From Octopus vulgaris (lineage: Eukaryota), in contig OX597831.1 of assembly GCA_951406725.2 (NCBI GenBank), forward strand, positions 51,646,001-51,710,000: a stretch of DNA of 64,000 nucleotides. Reading direction: 5' to 3'. The notes beneath the pieces are model-generated. The model was not told the DNA's origin. It worked only from the letters and a program-made list of their open reading frames with translations, and ran no database searches. This document shows, piece by piece, positions 63,325 through 64,000 of the stretch; position 1 is the stretch's first letter, and every line of letters begins with the position of its first letter. The position numbers and the translations under genes were made by a program.

Positions 63325-63817
63325 TTAAGTCATATTTCATGCATATGCATTCTATCATGCGGCCCTCTCCCACTTGGAAATGGTACGATGCGGCCCCATT
63401 TGAGGAAAAGTTGCCCATCCCTGGGCTTGTCTGACTTGTGCTAAATGCATGGAATTTGTCTGACTTATGCTATCGAGTAGAAATACCGCATCGGCGTCTT
63501 GCACAGTGATACAGTTTAGGTAAATAAACAGTGCCTGCTTTGAAGCGGTTGACACAAATATATGCTGAATGTTATCTCGCACTAAATTTTGACCTCAATC
63601 GGCGCGATTGCCGTGGCCGCGCGCAAGCTACCCAATGCATCACAACCGTGAAGTGGTTAAAAGGCACGCAATGTCAATAAGTTGCGTTAAAACTACACAT
63701 TGGCAGTGCGGGGCCTGGTTAAGAGTCACATTCTATTGGTGGAATATATTTAAAAATAAAACATAAATCTGGTAATTTTAAAGTAAAAATACAGCAAGAA
63801 CAAATAAAATTAATTCT

Positions 63818-63915
63818 TAGTAGTAGTAGTAGTAGTAGTAATAGTAGTAGTAGTTGTAGTAGTAGCTGTAGTAGTAGTAGTTGTAGTAGTAGTAGCAGCA
63901 GCAGCAGCAGCAGTT

Positions 63916-63975
<60 letters not shown>

Positions 63976-64000
63976 ATGGTAGTAGTAGTAGTGATGGTAG
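63818..64000. repeat. (TAG)n/(CAG)n microsatellite
   Basis: Direct reading; runs off the window end. Confidence 0.98.

Overview
AT-rich, repeat-dense animal genomic DNA. The SINE repertoire, (TA)n/(CA)n load and gene sequences point to a coleoid cephalopod, probably Octopus (inference). Two spliced housekeeping genes lie head-to-head about 9.4 kb apart. LSM7 is on the minus strand (4 coding exons, 11157->2002, 139 aa, with an unusual poly-Q N-terminal exon). ATP synthase F0 subunit b, ATP5PB, is on the plus strand (8 coding exons, 20546->37173, 266 aa). The rest is transposon debris: several tRNA-derived SINE families, a 5'-truncated RTE LINE, an R4/Dong-like 3' end, mariner, pogo/Tigger, hAT, Merlin-like and piggyBac elements, a Helitron, a probable solo LTR, and mini/microsatellites. 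The most striking signal is a dense set of Penelope-like element (PLE) remnants at (TA)n tracts. They carry at least eight sequence-unrelated type I hammerhead ribozyme motifs, identified by hand-folding. These include canonical C3:G8 cores, compensatory U3:A8 and G3:C8 cores, and one hammerhead fused behind a tRNA-like Pol III head. Many long fold-back hairpins and unusually long target duplications accompany them. All ribozyme calls are structural predictions and no activity has been tested.
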